Shown: positions 1 to 10,669, numbered from the stretch's first letter. The stretch: 64,000 bases of DNA from an uncultured delta proteobacterium (GCA_963790475.1 CAWBOS010000010.1:1280001-1344000); one strand, 5' to 3'. Notes: generated from the letters alone by a model not told the origin. Made by a program: numbers and translations.

Positions 1-116
1 CGGCGGAGTTGTTTTTCTACCTTGGATATGATCAGTCCTATCTCTTCCCCTTTGTCCGTAACGAACACAACGATCGCCTTCTTATGGTCAATCCATAACC
101 CCACTTTTGTTCTCAT
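1..116 (-). CDS. Partial CDS (5' end; runs off the window), MRTKVGLWIDHKKAIVV..., resembles small eRF1-like/host-attachment family proteins
   Basis: Manual translation; ATG at 116-114 with AAGGAGA RBS; the 'GLWIDH.KA' N-terminus is recalled from that family. Not in the ORF track. Confidence 0.55.
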   Translation of the reverse strand, partial: MRTKVGLWIDHKKAIVVFVTDKGEEIGLIISKVEKQLR

Positions 117-266
117 CGATATCTCCTTTGTTAACTAGTCCACCTGAAAGTCAATTGATATTGCTTATCTCCCAGGCGTTTTAATATAACATATCCAATT
201 TAAATCATTATAAGTCTTATCGAGATCTATTTTCAATAGTTTATTATCTTAAAATCGAGCCGGACT

Positions 267-905
267 CTAATGACAGTCGTCACAGACCTCCCCGCGTAAG
301 CTTTCAAAACCCTCCCGGGTGATGATCGGCACCATGATCAGCGCTGCCACCGGATCGGCCCACCACCAACCCAAAAGGGCATTGAGCGCGAGCCCGCCAA
401 GAAGAATGGCCGAAAGATAAGCGCAAAGGTCAGTCTGACGCGAGTCGGCCTTCATGGCCCGGCTGTCCAAGCTGGTAGCCGACCGGCGTTTTGCCCGAGC
501 CAGGGTAGGCATGAGGATAAGTGAAATGACGGATAAACCGATACCGACAAGGCTGACCTGTGGGGACTCATAGTATAGGATGGACTTTGAGGCATCGAAT
601 GCAACATAAGCCGCCAGGATCAGGAAACTGATCCCTACCAACTTAAGGGCGGTCCGCTCGCGGCTCTCGTCGTGGACAGGAGAAAATAGCCGCCAAAGAA
701 GTATCGAACCGGAAATACACTCGATGAGCGAATCTACCCCGAAACCCACCAGGGCGATGCTGCCGGCAAACCACCCGGCACCAACGGCCACGCCAGCCTC
801 CACCAGGTTCCAGCCGACGGTAAAATACTCAAGCTTTCGGCCCTGTCGCAAATGCCCCAAACGCTCACTAGAATGACAATCAGAACAATCAATGGCATCC
901 TTCAT
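267..905 (-). CDS. Cation efflux (CDF-like) transmembrane protein
   Basis: About 6 hydrophobic segments; 'ALVGFGVDSLIE' and 'GWWWADPVAAL' motifs; Cys/His-rich termini. Confidence 0.8.
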   Translation of the reverse strand: MKDAIDCSDCHSSERLGHLRQGRKLEYFTVGWNLVEAGVAVGAGWFAGSIALVGFGVDSLIECISGSILLWRLFSPVHDESRERTALKLVGISFLILAAYVAFDASKSILYYESPQVSLVGIGLSVISLILMPTLARAKRRSATSLDSRAMKADSRQTDLCAYLSAILLGGLALNALLGWWWADPVAALIMVPIITREGFESLRGEVCDDCH

Positions 906-958
906 TTATTTTTCTCACCTTGAGGTTCCCTGCACCTAGATGCAGGAAGATAAGCTCC

Positions 959-1832
959 TTATGACGACCAGCCGGATTCGGTTCCCAGGGGAATGCTGGT
1001 CAACAGGGCCTCGATATAATGGATCAGTCCATTTCGGATTTTAAATAATTCAGCAACCAGCATGGACCGGGGATATTGGGTGCGGGCCGGCAGTTCAACC
1101 ACACCGTAACCGGGCAATTCGGCCGTTTTTACCGTTCCCGGCACATCAAACATCACCAGGCACCAGACCAGTCCCAGCTCTTCATCGACGACCGGATAGC
1201 GCCGGTCTCTGATTTTGGTCATATAGGTGAACATGGGGATCTGCTGGGCACAGGGAAGGGACAATAATAAACCCAAGTCCGGATTGTTGGTGGTCTGCAA
1301 TCCGTTTTCCAGACGGTTGCACTCCTGGTGAAGGGGAATGAACTCCGCGCTGTTTTTTCCCAAACCCTCTAAATAAAGATCGGCAATAGCGAGCATTTTA
1401 TCCCGCGACACCCTTTCAGGGATGGGCACCATCTCGGTCAACAAAGGATTAGGCGTAACGAGGGCTTTGGGATTGAAGGCCACATCCGTACCGGCATAAC
1501 GGGAAACCATGGTTTCAACCTCGGCAATTTTTTTATCCGTTACTTTCAGACGAAGAGCCAGCAAGGTCAAATGTTCGCACCTTGTCCTGCAGGGTGCAAA
1601 AAACACCCACCTGGCCCTGCAGGGGATCAGCGACGGTATGCCGATATTTTATGGCTGAGGCGGTCTTCCACAACCCTTCGCCCAACTTCATTGCGCGGGT
1701 GTTTTCCGTAAATCGAACGTCGTCCGTTACAGGAAGACGGGAAGGATCGTTGGCTGTCAGGGCATCAAGATACAGATTGGCGATACCAATCAATTCCTCC
1801 TTGCTAAATGTTTTTTCACTTAATTTTGTCAT
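959..1832 (-). pseudogene. Hypothetical (possibly NTF2/SnoaL-like) protein split by a +1 frameshift near 1580
   Basis: ORF 1533-1919 (likely start MTKLSEK at 1832) reads ...QGQVGVFCTLQDK and continues in the 959-1606 frame as EHLTLLALRLKV...; both halves share a 'IA.LYL..L..N....P' repeat. Could be a sequencing error. Confidence 0.7.
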
Positions 1833-1931
1833 CGTTTCTTCTTCACCATTTCTTTTCCATTGACAAATACCAAAGGGTAATATAGGGATCAAAATATCAC
1901 AAGTTAATAGAGGAAGCAAAGGAGAATACCC

Positions 1932-3023
1932 ATGTCTGATGCCCTATACGACCGCTTAGCGGATATTTTCAATATGATCGGTTTCGGGAGCCGGAAGAGC
2001 CCGGAGCTGGAAGCCCTGTTAAAATCCCTTTTCAATCAAGAGGAAGCCCACCTCGCTGTCAATCTCTCGCCCATGGCCCCTGAGGACCCCGGCAAACTGG
2101 CCGAAAGAATCAATGCCGACCCGGTCAGAGTCGCCCAGGTCTTAAACGAAATGGCCGACAAGGGATTGATCTATTCCACCATTAAAAACGGGGAAAACTG
2201 GTACAAGCTGATTCAATTGGTTCCGGGCATATTTGAATTGCAGTTCATGAAAGGGGAGGTTTCCCCCCGGGCCAGGGAGTTGGCCTGTCTGTTTGATGCC
2301 TATTTTCATGTCCGAGTAGCAACCATGGAAAGCACCCCCTCCCCCACCGGGGAAAGCATCCATTTTGCCCGGGTGATCCCTATCGAGAAGACCATCACGC
2401 CGACCATGAATGTCTTCCCTTTTGAAGTGGCCAGCAAATATGTTCAGGAGGCCCAGGTCATCACCGTTTCAATATGCTACTGCCGCCATGAGAAAAGACT
2501 GCTGGACCATGGGTGTCAATATCCGGATGATGTCTGTCTGCAATTGGGTCCCTTTGCCGAATTTGTTAAAAACCGGGGGTTCGGAAAAGAAATCAGCAAG
2601 ACGGGAGCCCTGGACATATTAAAAAGAAGCGCTGAGGCCGGACTGATTCATACCTCAAGCAACACCCAGGAACGGATCGACTTCATCTGCAACTGCTGCA
2701 CCTGCTGCTGCGGGATACTGCAAGGGGTCAGTCTGTTTAACGCCCCGGTCCGCACTGTTTCCAGTAACTACCAGGCCGCTGTGGAGGCCGATACCTGCTC
2801 CGGCTGCGGAGAATGTGTCGACCGCTGTCAAATGAAAGCGGTCACTCTCGAAGAGGATATAGCCACTATAAATCCGGATCGCTGTATCGGCTGCGGGGTT
2901 TGTGTGTATCACTGTCCCACCGAGTCCATGACCCTGACGGCCCGTCCGGATTTTGTGGAACCCCCCAAAAGCTTCCGGGAGCTCATCGCCAAACAGGCGG
3001 CAGCCAAGGCTACGAGTGCCTAA
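1932..3023 (+). CDS. 4Fe-4S dicluster ferredoxin-domain protein with N-terminal wHTH-like region
   Basis: CSGCGECVDRC and CIGCGVCVYHCP motifs, ICNCCTCCC, CYCR; GGAGA RBS. Confidence 0.88.
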   Translation: MSDALYDRLADIFNMIGFGSRKSPELEALLKSLFNQEEAHLAVNLSPMAPEDPGKLAERINADPVRVAQVLNEMADKGLIYSTIKNGENWYKLIQLVPGIFELQFMKGEVSPRARELACLFDAYFHVRVATMESTPSPTGESIHFARVIPIEKTITPTMNVFPFEVASKYVQEAQVITVSICYCRHEKRLLDHGCQYPDDVCLQLGPFAEFVKNRGFGKEISKTGALDILKRSAEAGLIHTSSNTQERIDFICNCCTCCCGILQGVSLFNAPVRTVSSNYQAAVEADTCSGCGECVDRCQMKAVTLEEDIATINPDRCIGCGVCVYHCPTESMTLTARPDFVEPPKSFRELIAKQAAAKATSA

Positions 3024-3028
3024 GGTTT

Positions 3029-3832
3029 TTATCGTGTGATATGTTTTAAGAAAAAAGCGCTTACCGCCCGGTTGAATTCCTCGGCGGCGTCGATGTTGAC
3101 GGCATGGCCAGCATCCAGATCTATGATGTCCAGGAGGGGCATATTTGCGGCGGCAAAGTCCCTCAGGGGTAGGAAACGTTTTTCCCGCTTTCCGCAGACC
3201 AACAAGGTGGGAACCTGGTTGCGGTGAATTTCATCGCGCAGGGAAAGATCGGACACGGTATAACGGATGGCATTGGCCACCCCCAGAACGCTTAAAGCGG
3301 CCGAGTCCTCCACTAAAGCTCCTTTAACCTCTTCCGGGAGAGAGCGGGCGTTAAGCGGATGGACGGGGAACTTTTTGATCCCTTCAGGTCCCCCTTCCAG
3401 GATCATTTGAGCAATAAGAGAGGTGTCTTTAACGGCTTTGTCTCTATCCTTGATTTTCCGTAGACCTGAGGTAGTATTGGTTATGACATGAGCTATGATG
3501 CGATCGGGGTGTTCAAGGGCATATTTTAAAGTCAGGGCCGCCCCCAGGGATTGACCGCATAGCAGCCATTCCGATACTCCCATACGGCGGCGTATTTTTT
3601 CAAAGGCCTGGACATAACCTTCCGGCCTGTAGGGATCCGGGTTTTCCGGAGCCGGTGATCGACCATGTCCCCAAAGTTCAACAACCACCGGTTGGGTTAT
3701 TTTTGACAGGGCCTCCAAATTGAGCATCCACTGGGCCCGGGAGGATAGGATTCCATGAACCAGCAACAAGTAGGGGCCGTTCCCGGGATGAATTTCAAAA
3801 TAGAGTTCAGAGGCCGGTTTTTTTAATTCCAA
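3029..3832 (-). CDS. Alpha/beta fold hydrolase
   Basis: LLLVHG oxyanion motif, GHGRS, GQSLG nucleophile elbow, C-terminal AGH. Confidence 0.88.
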   Translation of the reverse strand: MELKKPASELYFEIHPGNGPYLLLVHGILSSRAQWMLNLEALSKITQPVVVELWGHGRSPAPENPDPYRPEGYVQAFEKIRRRMGVSEWLLCGQSLGAALTLKYALEHPDRIIAHVITNTTSGLRKIKDRDKAVKDTSLIAQMILEGGPEGIKKFPVHPLNARSLPEEVKGALVEDSAALSVLGVANAIRYTVSDLSLRDEIHRNQVPTLLVCGKREKRFLPLRDFAAANMPLLDIIDLDAGHAVNIDAAEEFNRAVSAFFLKHITR

Positions 3833-3864
3833 TCATTCACCCCCCACTCCAATCCTCCCCCATC

Positions 3865-5346
3865 TCAGCCCACCTGCCTGTCCTCTCGTCGAGTATAATA
3901 CCGTGAGACTTGGGCTATGGCCCGGAAGGCGTCGGTGAGGGTCTCAAAGGTCAAAATGCCTTTTTCAAAAAAGACCCTGCCGGCCCTGCGCCGAACCTCC
4001 TCCAGATCCAGATCCTCCACCTCCCGTCGGCTGTTGGGTAAAACCAAAACAACCGGCTTGTCGGTTTTTCTTTCGACCTCTTCTATGGCCTTTATAAGAC
4101 CGCGGTAAGGCGTGGCCTCATCCAGGGTCATTTCCCCCAGGCGTATAATGAACTTGTAGATGTAAAGTAACTGAATCAATATCTGCAGGTCGATCGATTT
4201 CTCTTCCCCGCTTTTTAAGAGGACCTCTTTCAAAATTTCCGGGGGAACTTCGGGGTTGGCGGCATCGACCGGGTTGGTGGCGCTGGAGCCTGGTTTCGGG
4301 AGAATGGCCATGATCTTTTTCTGGGTCTCAGTCGCCAGCAAAGGCAGATCGATGCCGAAGGACTCGGCCGTGTCACTGGCTGCGACGCCGAGGGCGCCCC
4401 CGCCCCCGACCACGGCCACTCCCCGGACAGGCCTTTCAGAAAGCTGCACAAAAGCCAGAGCGGCCTGGGCCATTTCCAAGGAGTTGTTCACCTGAACGGC
4501 ATTAGCCTGGCGCATCATCGATTCCCAGATCTGCCGGCTGCCTCCCAGAGAAGCGGTATGACTGACTACCGCCCGGCTTCCTGCCTGGGAAAGGCCCCCT
4601 TTATAGATAATGACCGGTTTTTTAGCCGTGACCTCCTTAAGGACCTTGGAAAAAGCCCGGCCGTCCTCCACGCCTTCCATATACATGCAGATGACCTTGG
4701 TTCCCGGATCAACCCCCAGATACTGCAGCAATTCCGTTTCCCTGAGATCGACCCCGTTTCCGAAACTGACCACCTTGCTGAAGGTCAACCCCAAGGAGCT
4801 TCCGTTCATGACAAATTCTCCGGCCATGCCTCCGCTCTGGGCCAAAAAGGCAACGGGACCGCTTTCCCGGGAAAAATCCAATCCGGGCAGTATGGTCAAT
4901 CCGCCGGCCGGGCAATAGATACCGAAACAATTGGGACCCACCACGCGTATCCCTTTGCGGGAGATTTTTTTAATCTCCTCCTCTAAGGCCCGGCCTTCGG
5001 GAGTGCCCAATTCCTTAAAGCCGGCAGATAAAATCTCAGCCCCGATCACCCCTTTTTGTCGGCAGGCTTCCAGGGCTTTAGGAACCAGTGGGGCCGGGAC
5101 GGCGATAATCGCCAAATCCAAATCTCCGGGAATTTCTTCAACGGTTTTATGGATTTTCAATCCGGAAATGGTGCCTCCTTTGGGATTAACCGGACATATT
5201 TCACCCTGATATCCGAAGTGGAGCAGGGTCTCGATCGTCCGGCTGCCGAATCCCAGACTTCCGGCCGAAACCCCGATGACCGCAAGCCTTTTCGGATGAA
5301 AAATCCTTTCCAGTTGTGTATGTTCGACTATTGTCTTATCCGTCAT
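3865..5346 (-). CDS. ADP-forming acyl-CoA synthetase alpha-subunit-like CoA-binding protein (no ATP-grasp domain)
   Basis: PVNPK, GPNCFG, AQSGG, SFGN, SHTASL (phospho-His), NPVD motifs. Confidence 0.88.
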   Translation of the reverse strand: MTDKTIVEHTQLERIFHPKRLAVIGVSAGSLGFGSRTIETLLHFGYQGEICPVNPKGGTISGLKIHKTVEEIPGDLDLAIIAVPAPLVPKALEACRQKGVIGAEILSAGFKELGTPEGRALEEEIKKISRKGIRVVGPNCFGIYCPAGGLTILPGLDFSRESGPVAFLAQSGGMAGEFVMNGSSLGLTFSKVVSFGNGVDLRETELLQYLGVDPGTKVICMYMEGVEDGRAFSKVLKEVTAKKPVIIYKGGLSQAGSRAVVSHTASLGGSRQIWESMMRQANAVQVNNSLEMAQAALAFVQLSERPVRGVAVVGGGGALGVAASDTAESFGIDLPLLATETQKKIMAILPKPGSSATNPVDAANPEVPPEILKEVLLKSGEEKSIDLQILIQLLYIYKFIIRLGEMTLDEATPYRGLIKAIEEVERKTDKPVVLVLPNSRREVEDLDLEEVRRRAGRVFFEKGILTFETLTDAFRAIAQVSRYYTRREDRQVG

Positions 5347-5377
5347 TAAAGCAACGCCTTCCGTCTTTTAAAAAGAA

Positions 5378-5500
5378 ATAGGCAATAGGCTATGGGCGAG
5401 AGGCTATGGACTGCGGGCTATAAATAAAAGATGATTTCGACCCCTTATCGCCCTTTGCCTTTTCCCCTCTTGCCTATCGCCTCTTGCCTATTGCCTGCTA
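5378..5500. repeat. Inverted arrays of degenerate heptamers (AGGCAAT/AGGCTAT ... TTGCCTA/TCGCCTC)
   Basis: Seen directly in the intergenic sequence. Confidence 0.7.
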
Positions 5501-5761
5501 TTCATCTATTATCTTTATCCAGTGGGAGTCCATAAATTCCTCTAATTCATCCAACTCTCCTTCCAGGTCGGACAGTAAATCCATTCCATCTTCTCTCGGA
5601 ATTATTAAATCTCCCGATTCACCTGGAACTCCCGAATCTCCCGAATCATCCAAGCCTTCCAAATCCTGTTCGATATCCAACAGAGAATTATCTCCCCACT
5701 CTTTTCCGAAATCCTTTTCGAGGGGATCGAGGTCGTCGAATTTCTTTTGATCCGAAGGCAT
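5498..5761 (-). CDS. Small highly acidic hypothetical protein (MPSDQKKFDDL...)
   Basis: ATG at 5761 preceded by GGAG; 87 aa, D/E-rich. Confidence 0.55.
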   Translation of the reverse strand: MPSDQKKFDDLDPLEKDFGKEWGDNSLLDIEQDLEGLDDSGDSGVPGESGDLIIPREDGMDLLSDLEGELDELEEFMDSHWIKIIDE

Positions 5762-5971
5762 ATTCTTTCTCCAAACGCCGGCTGCTAAACTTGAGGAATC
5801 ATAAAATGCCGGCAATTTCCTGATGACATCATTCCGGAGAAAACCGGCATCAATCATTTAAATCAATCAGACTGCTCCTGCCCACTCCTTCCGCCCCCGG
5901 ATTAAGACATTCCGGGGCGGGCTTGGGAATGACTGGTTATCATTCAACCAAAAAAAAATCCCCTGCCCTGG

Positions 5972-6592
5972 CTACTGCTTAACCTTGGCCACTCCAAGAT
6001 CAAAAGCCTTCAGGTTGATATCCAGGGTTCCGGCCGGCAGGCTTTCTTGTATCACCGCCTGGAAATCCTCACGGGCCATCGGCAAAGATCCGGTCCCGTA
6101 AAGGGCCCCGATCATAATGATGTTTCCTAAAATAGGATTGCCCATTTTTAAGGCTTCATCCGTGGCCTCAATGAACCAGGCCCTGGAAGACAAATCTTTG
6201 ATGGAATCCTGAATCTCCTCCGAAGTCGGATAAACGAGTTCCCCGGAAATGACTCCCACCGGATAGATGGGACGGGTATTGGTCAAAACCGCAACCTCCG
6301 GATTCCCATAGCTCATTAAAACCCTGATGGCTTCAATCGGCTCGAGGGTGACGACGATATCGGCCTTTCCTTTGGGTATTTGCGGACTCCAGGTGGCATC
6401 GGCCGAGACGCGGATGTGGCTCATCACCGAACCGCCCCGTTGGGAGGCCCCGAAAGTTTCCCCGATGGTCACCTGAAAGCCTTTGCGAACCAGCATATTG
6501 GAAAGTATCCTGGAGGCCATGACGTTGCCTTGGCCCCCGACCCCGGTGATAATGATATTGAACGGATCTTTGGGTAACTGAGTTGTTTCCAT
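5972..6592 (-). CDS. iorB: Indolepyruvate:ferredoxin oxidoreductase beta subunit
   Basis: ITGVGGQG, SQRGGSVMSHIR motifs; likely start METTQLPK at 6592, right after iorA. Confidence 0.9.
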   Translation of the reverse strand: METTQLPKDPFNIIITGVGGQGNVMASRILSNMLVRKGFQVTIGETFGASQRGGSVMSHIRVSADATWSPQIPKGKADIVVTLEPIEAIRVLMSYGNPEVAVLTNTRPIYPVGVISGELVYPTSEEIQDSIKDLSSRAWFIEATDEALKMGNPILGNIIMIGALYGTGSLPMAREDFQAVIQESLPAGTLDINLKAFDLGVAKVKQ

Positions 6593-6596
6593 GTTT

Positions 6597-8534
6597 TTAG
6601 GCCGCCTCCTCTCTGATGATGGCCGTGGTCGGGCAGATATAAGAACAAACGCCGCAACCGGCACAGATGACCTCGTCGACCACGGCGGTCTTTTTCTCTT
6701 TGTCCCAGAACAGTCCGGGGCATCGTAAAATCCGAGTACACAGCCGGTTACAGCCGCAATCCTCCCCCTTACACCGGGTCTCATCCACGTGGACCTTAAA
6801 GTATTTCTTGGCCTTCCTTTCCGGAGATAAGGCACATTTTTGACGAAGGATCAAAACTTTGGCCCCTTCTTGATCGGCCATCAGTTGGTTGAGTGTTTCC
6901 TGGGTCTCTTGCAGATTGAAAGGGTCCCTGATTTCCACCCTGGCGCCTAAAGACCGACAAATAGCGGCGATATCGACCTGGGGCATGGCCTCTCCCATGG
7001 CATTGACCTGAAGGCCGGGGTGGGACTGAAAACCGGTCATAGCCGTACCACTGTTGTCCAGAACCACCAGGGTGATGTTGGATTTGTGGTGCACGGCATT
7101 GATCAGGGCCGGAATAACGGCGTGATAGAAGGTCGAATCCCCGGACACGGCCAGCACCGGCTGATCCAGGCCGAATTGGCCCAGCTTCCCGAACCCGCTG
7201 GCCACACCGGTTCCCGAGCCCATGGAGTGCACTGTTTTAAGAGTTCTGAATCCTGTTGTTCCCAGGGCCATGGTATAGCAGCCGATGTCACCGCAGACAA
7301 AACCTTTGCGGTTGTCCATCTGCAGAGCATTATGGATACTCCAGAATGAGGCCCGGTGCGGACAACCGGGGCAGAAGGTCTGTTCTCTGGCCGGAACTTT
7401 GGCAAAATTAAGAAGTTTGGCCTTGTCCTCGTATTCCCTGGACATACCCTGATATTCGATTCCCATGATCTTGGCCAGTGCGGAAACGACAAAATCCGGA
7501 TTCAGCTCCCCGGTCATAGGGATGTCTCCGCTGTTCTTTCCGTAAAAGGTCTTGGCCCCGATGTCTTTGGCCTGTTCGGCGGCGATGATCTTGATATTTT
7601 CCTCCAGAAAGGGCAGGACCTCTTCGATGAACAGAATCTTGTCGGTCAGAGACAGATATTTTTTAATCAGTTTGGGAGGCAGAGGCCAGGTGGTGCCTAT
7701 TTTTAATAAGCCTACCCGGTCTTTCAATCCCAGCAAATGAATGGCCTCCCTACTGTAAAGGGTACAGGCACTGCAGGTAATCAATAGAAGCTCGGGTTTT
7801 TCCGGGCCCACATAGGTATTAAAGGGACTGTCTTCAAAGAGATCCCGGACCTTTTTGATTTTCTCCTGTTGCTGGCCATGTTTGTAACCCACCGGGGCGC
7901 TGATGACCAATCCTTCCATGGGATCGAGAACGAACCCATCGTACTTAAACTCGGCCCGATGTTCCGTCCCGGGCAGTTTACCCAGAGCGACATTCCCGCT
8001 GGCATGAGACATACGGGTCACACTTCGGACCACCACCAGGCTGCGGATTGTTTCCGACAATTCGAAAGCCCACTTGGTCATATCCTTGGCTTCCTGAAAA
8101 TCACCCGGTTCCAGAAGGGGGATTTCCACCATCCTGGCAAAATGCCTCGATTCCCCTTCATTGACACTGGACAAGGCCCCGGGATCATCGCAGGTGACCA
8201 GGACCATGCCTCCCCGGGTTCCGGAACCGGCCAGATGGAGAAGAAAATCAGAAGCCACATTGACCCCGTTCTGCTTCATGACACATAATGATCTGAGCTG
8301 GGCGAAGGAGGCAGCGGCGGCGACCTCCAGGGCCACTTTTTCGTTGGTCGACCACTCCACATACAGATTTCTTTCCTTGGCCGCTTTGGCTAAATTTTCT
8401 ATAATTTCCGAAGAGGGCGTTCCCGGATATCCGCTGGCCACACTTATTCCGGCCTCCAACGCACCCCGGGCAATGGCTTCGTTGCCCATATACAAAACCT
8501 GTCGCCCCTCATCCTGATCCGTCAATCTTGACAT
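6597..8534 (-). CDS. iorA: Indolepyruvate:ferredoxin oxidoreductase alpha subunit
   Basis: GNEAIARGA, GYPGTPSSEI, NEKVALE, FCPGCPHR, GDIGCY, GDSTFYH (TPP binding), C-terminal ferredoxin. Confidence 0.93.
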   Translation of the reverse strand: MSRLTDQDEGRQVLYMGNEAIARGALEAGISVASGYPGTPSSEIIENLAKAAKERNLYVEWSTNEKVALEVAAAASFAQLRSLCVMKQNGVNVASDFLLHLAGSGTRGGMVLVTCDDPGALSSVNEGESRHFARMVEIPLLEPGDFQEAKDMTKWAFELSETIRSLVVVRSVTRMSHASGNVALGKLPGTEHRAEFKYDGFVLDPMEGLVISAPVGYKHGQQQEKIKKVRDLFEDSPFNTYVGPEKPELLLITCSACTLYSREAIHLLGLKDRVGLLKIGTTWPLPPKLIKKYLSLTDKILFIEEVLPFLEENIKIIAAEQAKDIGAKTFYGKNSGDIPMTGELNPDFVVSALAKIMGIEYQGMSREYEDKAKLLNFAKVPAREQTFCPGCPHRASFWSIHNALQMDNRKGFVCGDIGCYTMALGTTGFRTLKTVHSMGSGTGVASGFGKLGQFGLDQPVLAVSGDSTFYHAVIPALINAVHHKSNITLVVLDNSGTAMTGFQSHPGLQVNAMGEAMPQVDIAAICRSLGARVEIRDPFNLQETQETLNQLMADQEGAKVLILRQKCALSPERKAKKYFKVHVDETRCKGEDCGCNRLCTRILRCPGLFWDKEKKTAVVDEVICAGCGVCSYICPTTAIIREEAA

Positions 8535-8593
8535 AATGTCCTCCGTATCCTGTTGACCGACCTTTCCGGTCTTTTTTCAAATCAATCCCCTAC

Positions 8594-9703
8594 TCACTTT
8601 ATCTCGGCATACCATAGATCATCGGTCCCCCGGCCTTTTTCCTTCACACGATCCCGGGCGGCCTTTTTCTTCTCCAGGGCCGCTTTTTTTAGTTCTTCGA
8701 AATTCCCCTCCGGTACCTCGCGGAATTCGAGAACACCTTTTGACCTGGCCAGGTCCATCAGCTCCTGACCCCGTTTGGACCGGACTATGACCTGATTCCA
8801 GATCCTGGTTTCCGACCAGTCCTCCGGCAGCCTGGCTGACCCGACTGAGATATCGGCGAATTCGGCGGTGCTGTCCATACAATAACGACAGGCTTCCCGG
8901 ACACAGTCATTAATGGCCTCCATGGGAAAAGAAAAGGTCTCCTTGTTAGTGTAAATTTCCACCGATCCTTTTCCCGGAGGGATGTCCATGCCGATAATAT
9001 CGGACAGACCGGTTTTGGTCTTCAACAGATCCACGAAGGACCGCCAGGAAAGGGACCAGCCGCAGAAAAGGCCGATAACCAGTTTCAACTTGTCGATTTG
9101 GTTGTCGTTAGTCGCTATGGGTTTCGAACGCATCTTGGCCAGGGTCTGGGCCTGGCAAGGAGTAGCTACGACTCCTATTCGTTGTTTTTCTCCCTGGACC
9201 GTTTTGTTGAATTCAGCGACGGTCGCGGAAACTATAAACTTGCTTTTCCCCCGTTTTCTGATCTCATCGGGGTCGCTAACCGCCACCCCATGATGCTGAA
9301 AATCTTCCGTGTCTTCAGCGACAATGGCTGTATCAATCAGCCCTTCCTGGAGGGCCAGGGTTAAAAGGGCCGTGACCGTTCCTCCGTGTTGGGCCTGGTT
9401 GCGCACCTGTTCATCCGCCGCCCTGGCGATATAAAATCCTTTCACCGACCCTAACTCCGGGGTCAAATCCGCTTCATCAAACAGTTGTTTCCTCAACGAC
9501 TCATAGTCTGTAGGCGTCCGGGGGCAAAAGGCATAACATCGACCTTCCTTGAGGTCACAGGGATGAAGCACGATGGTCTGGTCATTGTAGATCACCTGGT
9601 AAGGGCATAGGCCGACACAGGCCCCGCAGCCGGTGCACAGTTGGGCATTTTGAACCATCTCCTGGAGTTCTTTTTGCCCCCTGCTTTGGTTTTGATCTTC
9701 CAT
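8594..9703 (-). CDS. FrhB/FdhB family (F420 hydrogenase/dehydrogenase beta-like) Fe-S protein
   Basis: CTGCGACVGLCP, QHGGTVT, VATPCQ, IGLFCGW, CRYCMD..AEFADISVG. Confidence 0.88.
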   Translation of the reverse strand: MEDQNQSRGQKELQEMVQNAQLCTGCGACVGLCPYQVIYNDQTIVLHPCDLKEGRCYAFCPRTPTDYESLRKQLFDEADLTPELGSVKGFYIARAADEQVRNQAQHGGTVTALLTLALQEGLIDTAIVAEDTEDFQHHGVAVSDPDEIRKRGKSKFIVSATVAEFNKTVQGEKQRIGVVATPCQAQTLAKMRSKPIATNDNQIDKLKLVIGLFCGWSLSWRSFVDLLKTKTGLSDIIGMDIPPGKGSVEIYTNKETFSFPMEAINDCVREACRYCMDSTAEFADISVGSARLPEDWSETRIWNQVIVRSKRGQELMDLARSKGVLEFREVPEGNFEELKKAALEKKKAARDRVKEKGRGTDDLWYAEIK

Positions 9704-9820
9704 TCGCTAAAACCTCCTCCTTTAATTTAAGGATTGAAGATCCCTATAATTAGATTTTCTAACATTCAGAATATAGGCTGTCAATTGAAATAAAATGCCA
9801 TTTCCTTCTTGTAATTATAA

Positions 9821-10196
9821 TATCAAGTAAGGCAGATACTTAAAGGTATTGAAAGATTGGAGTTGAAAAATTTCAATTAAAATCGATACACCTACCTGAT
9901 CACCTGGTCTGAGTAAGACAACGAATGTGTCGGCTTGTGCCCGGAGTTCCCCGCTCTGAGCTGGCTGGCCCAAACCCCGGAGGCAGCTTTAAAGGGTATT
10001 CGAAAGGTAATTGCGGACGTGGTAAAGGACTTAATAAAAAACCAAGGAACCCATTCCCGAGCCCCTTGCTACCAAGGGATTTAGTGGTAAGTTTATGGTC
10101 CGAGTCCCACCTGAAGTTCATCGGAATCTTGCCATCAAAGCGGCAGAGGCCGGAGTCAGCTTAAACAGATTGGCCAATTCTAAACTAACAAAATGA
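9821..10196 (+). pseudogene. hicB: Decayed hicA-hicB toxin-antitoxin locus (HicA 3' fragment plus HicB with premature stop and frameshift)
   Basis: 9821-9871 reads YQVRQILKGIERLELKN; from 9881 NRYTYLITWSE*DNECVGLCPEFPALSWLAQTPEAALKGIRKVIADVVKD, then a frameshift near 10040 into EPIPEPLATKGFSGKFMVRVPPEVHRNLAIKAAEAGVSLNRLANSKLTK*. Confidence 0.8.
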
Positions 10197-10669
10197 AATG
10201 AGAATAAATACTCGTTAGAGAGAGGGAAGCTGGTAAGTTTTAAGGTTTAAGGATTCCGGCAATCCTTTTGCTCCGTACATATTCAAGAAACTTAAAAACC
10301 GATCCATGAGAAGTAACTCTGTTTTTTGAAATAATGACGGCCTGCATAAGAAATTAATGCAGTATTTACAAGATGGTGAATACAGCATATTCTGACGATC
10401 TGCTTAAAAGGCACTTACTTCTCAGGGATCAAAACCTAACAGCGTCTCTCTTTCCCTCTTATGCTGGCAACAGGAACAGACACTTTTTCTTGATGCCTTT
10501 TTAATGTTATGATTCGGGCGTCAGGGTCCCTCCCATGTGGTTTGAGCTGCTGTAAGGCTTCAAACCCGGGGAAACTGTATAGGCTTTTAAGGGTTCCATT
10601 TATCTTCATACCCTTTCTTAACGGCCTATCCGCAACGTGGTCAAGTTTTCAAAGAGCATTTTTTTGAAG

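Noticed and set aside
8594-9703. Evidence of F420-dependent hydrogenase or methanogenesis
   Set aside because: There is no hydrogenase large or small subunit nearby, and FrhB-like domains are widespread in anaerobic bacteria
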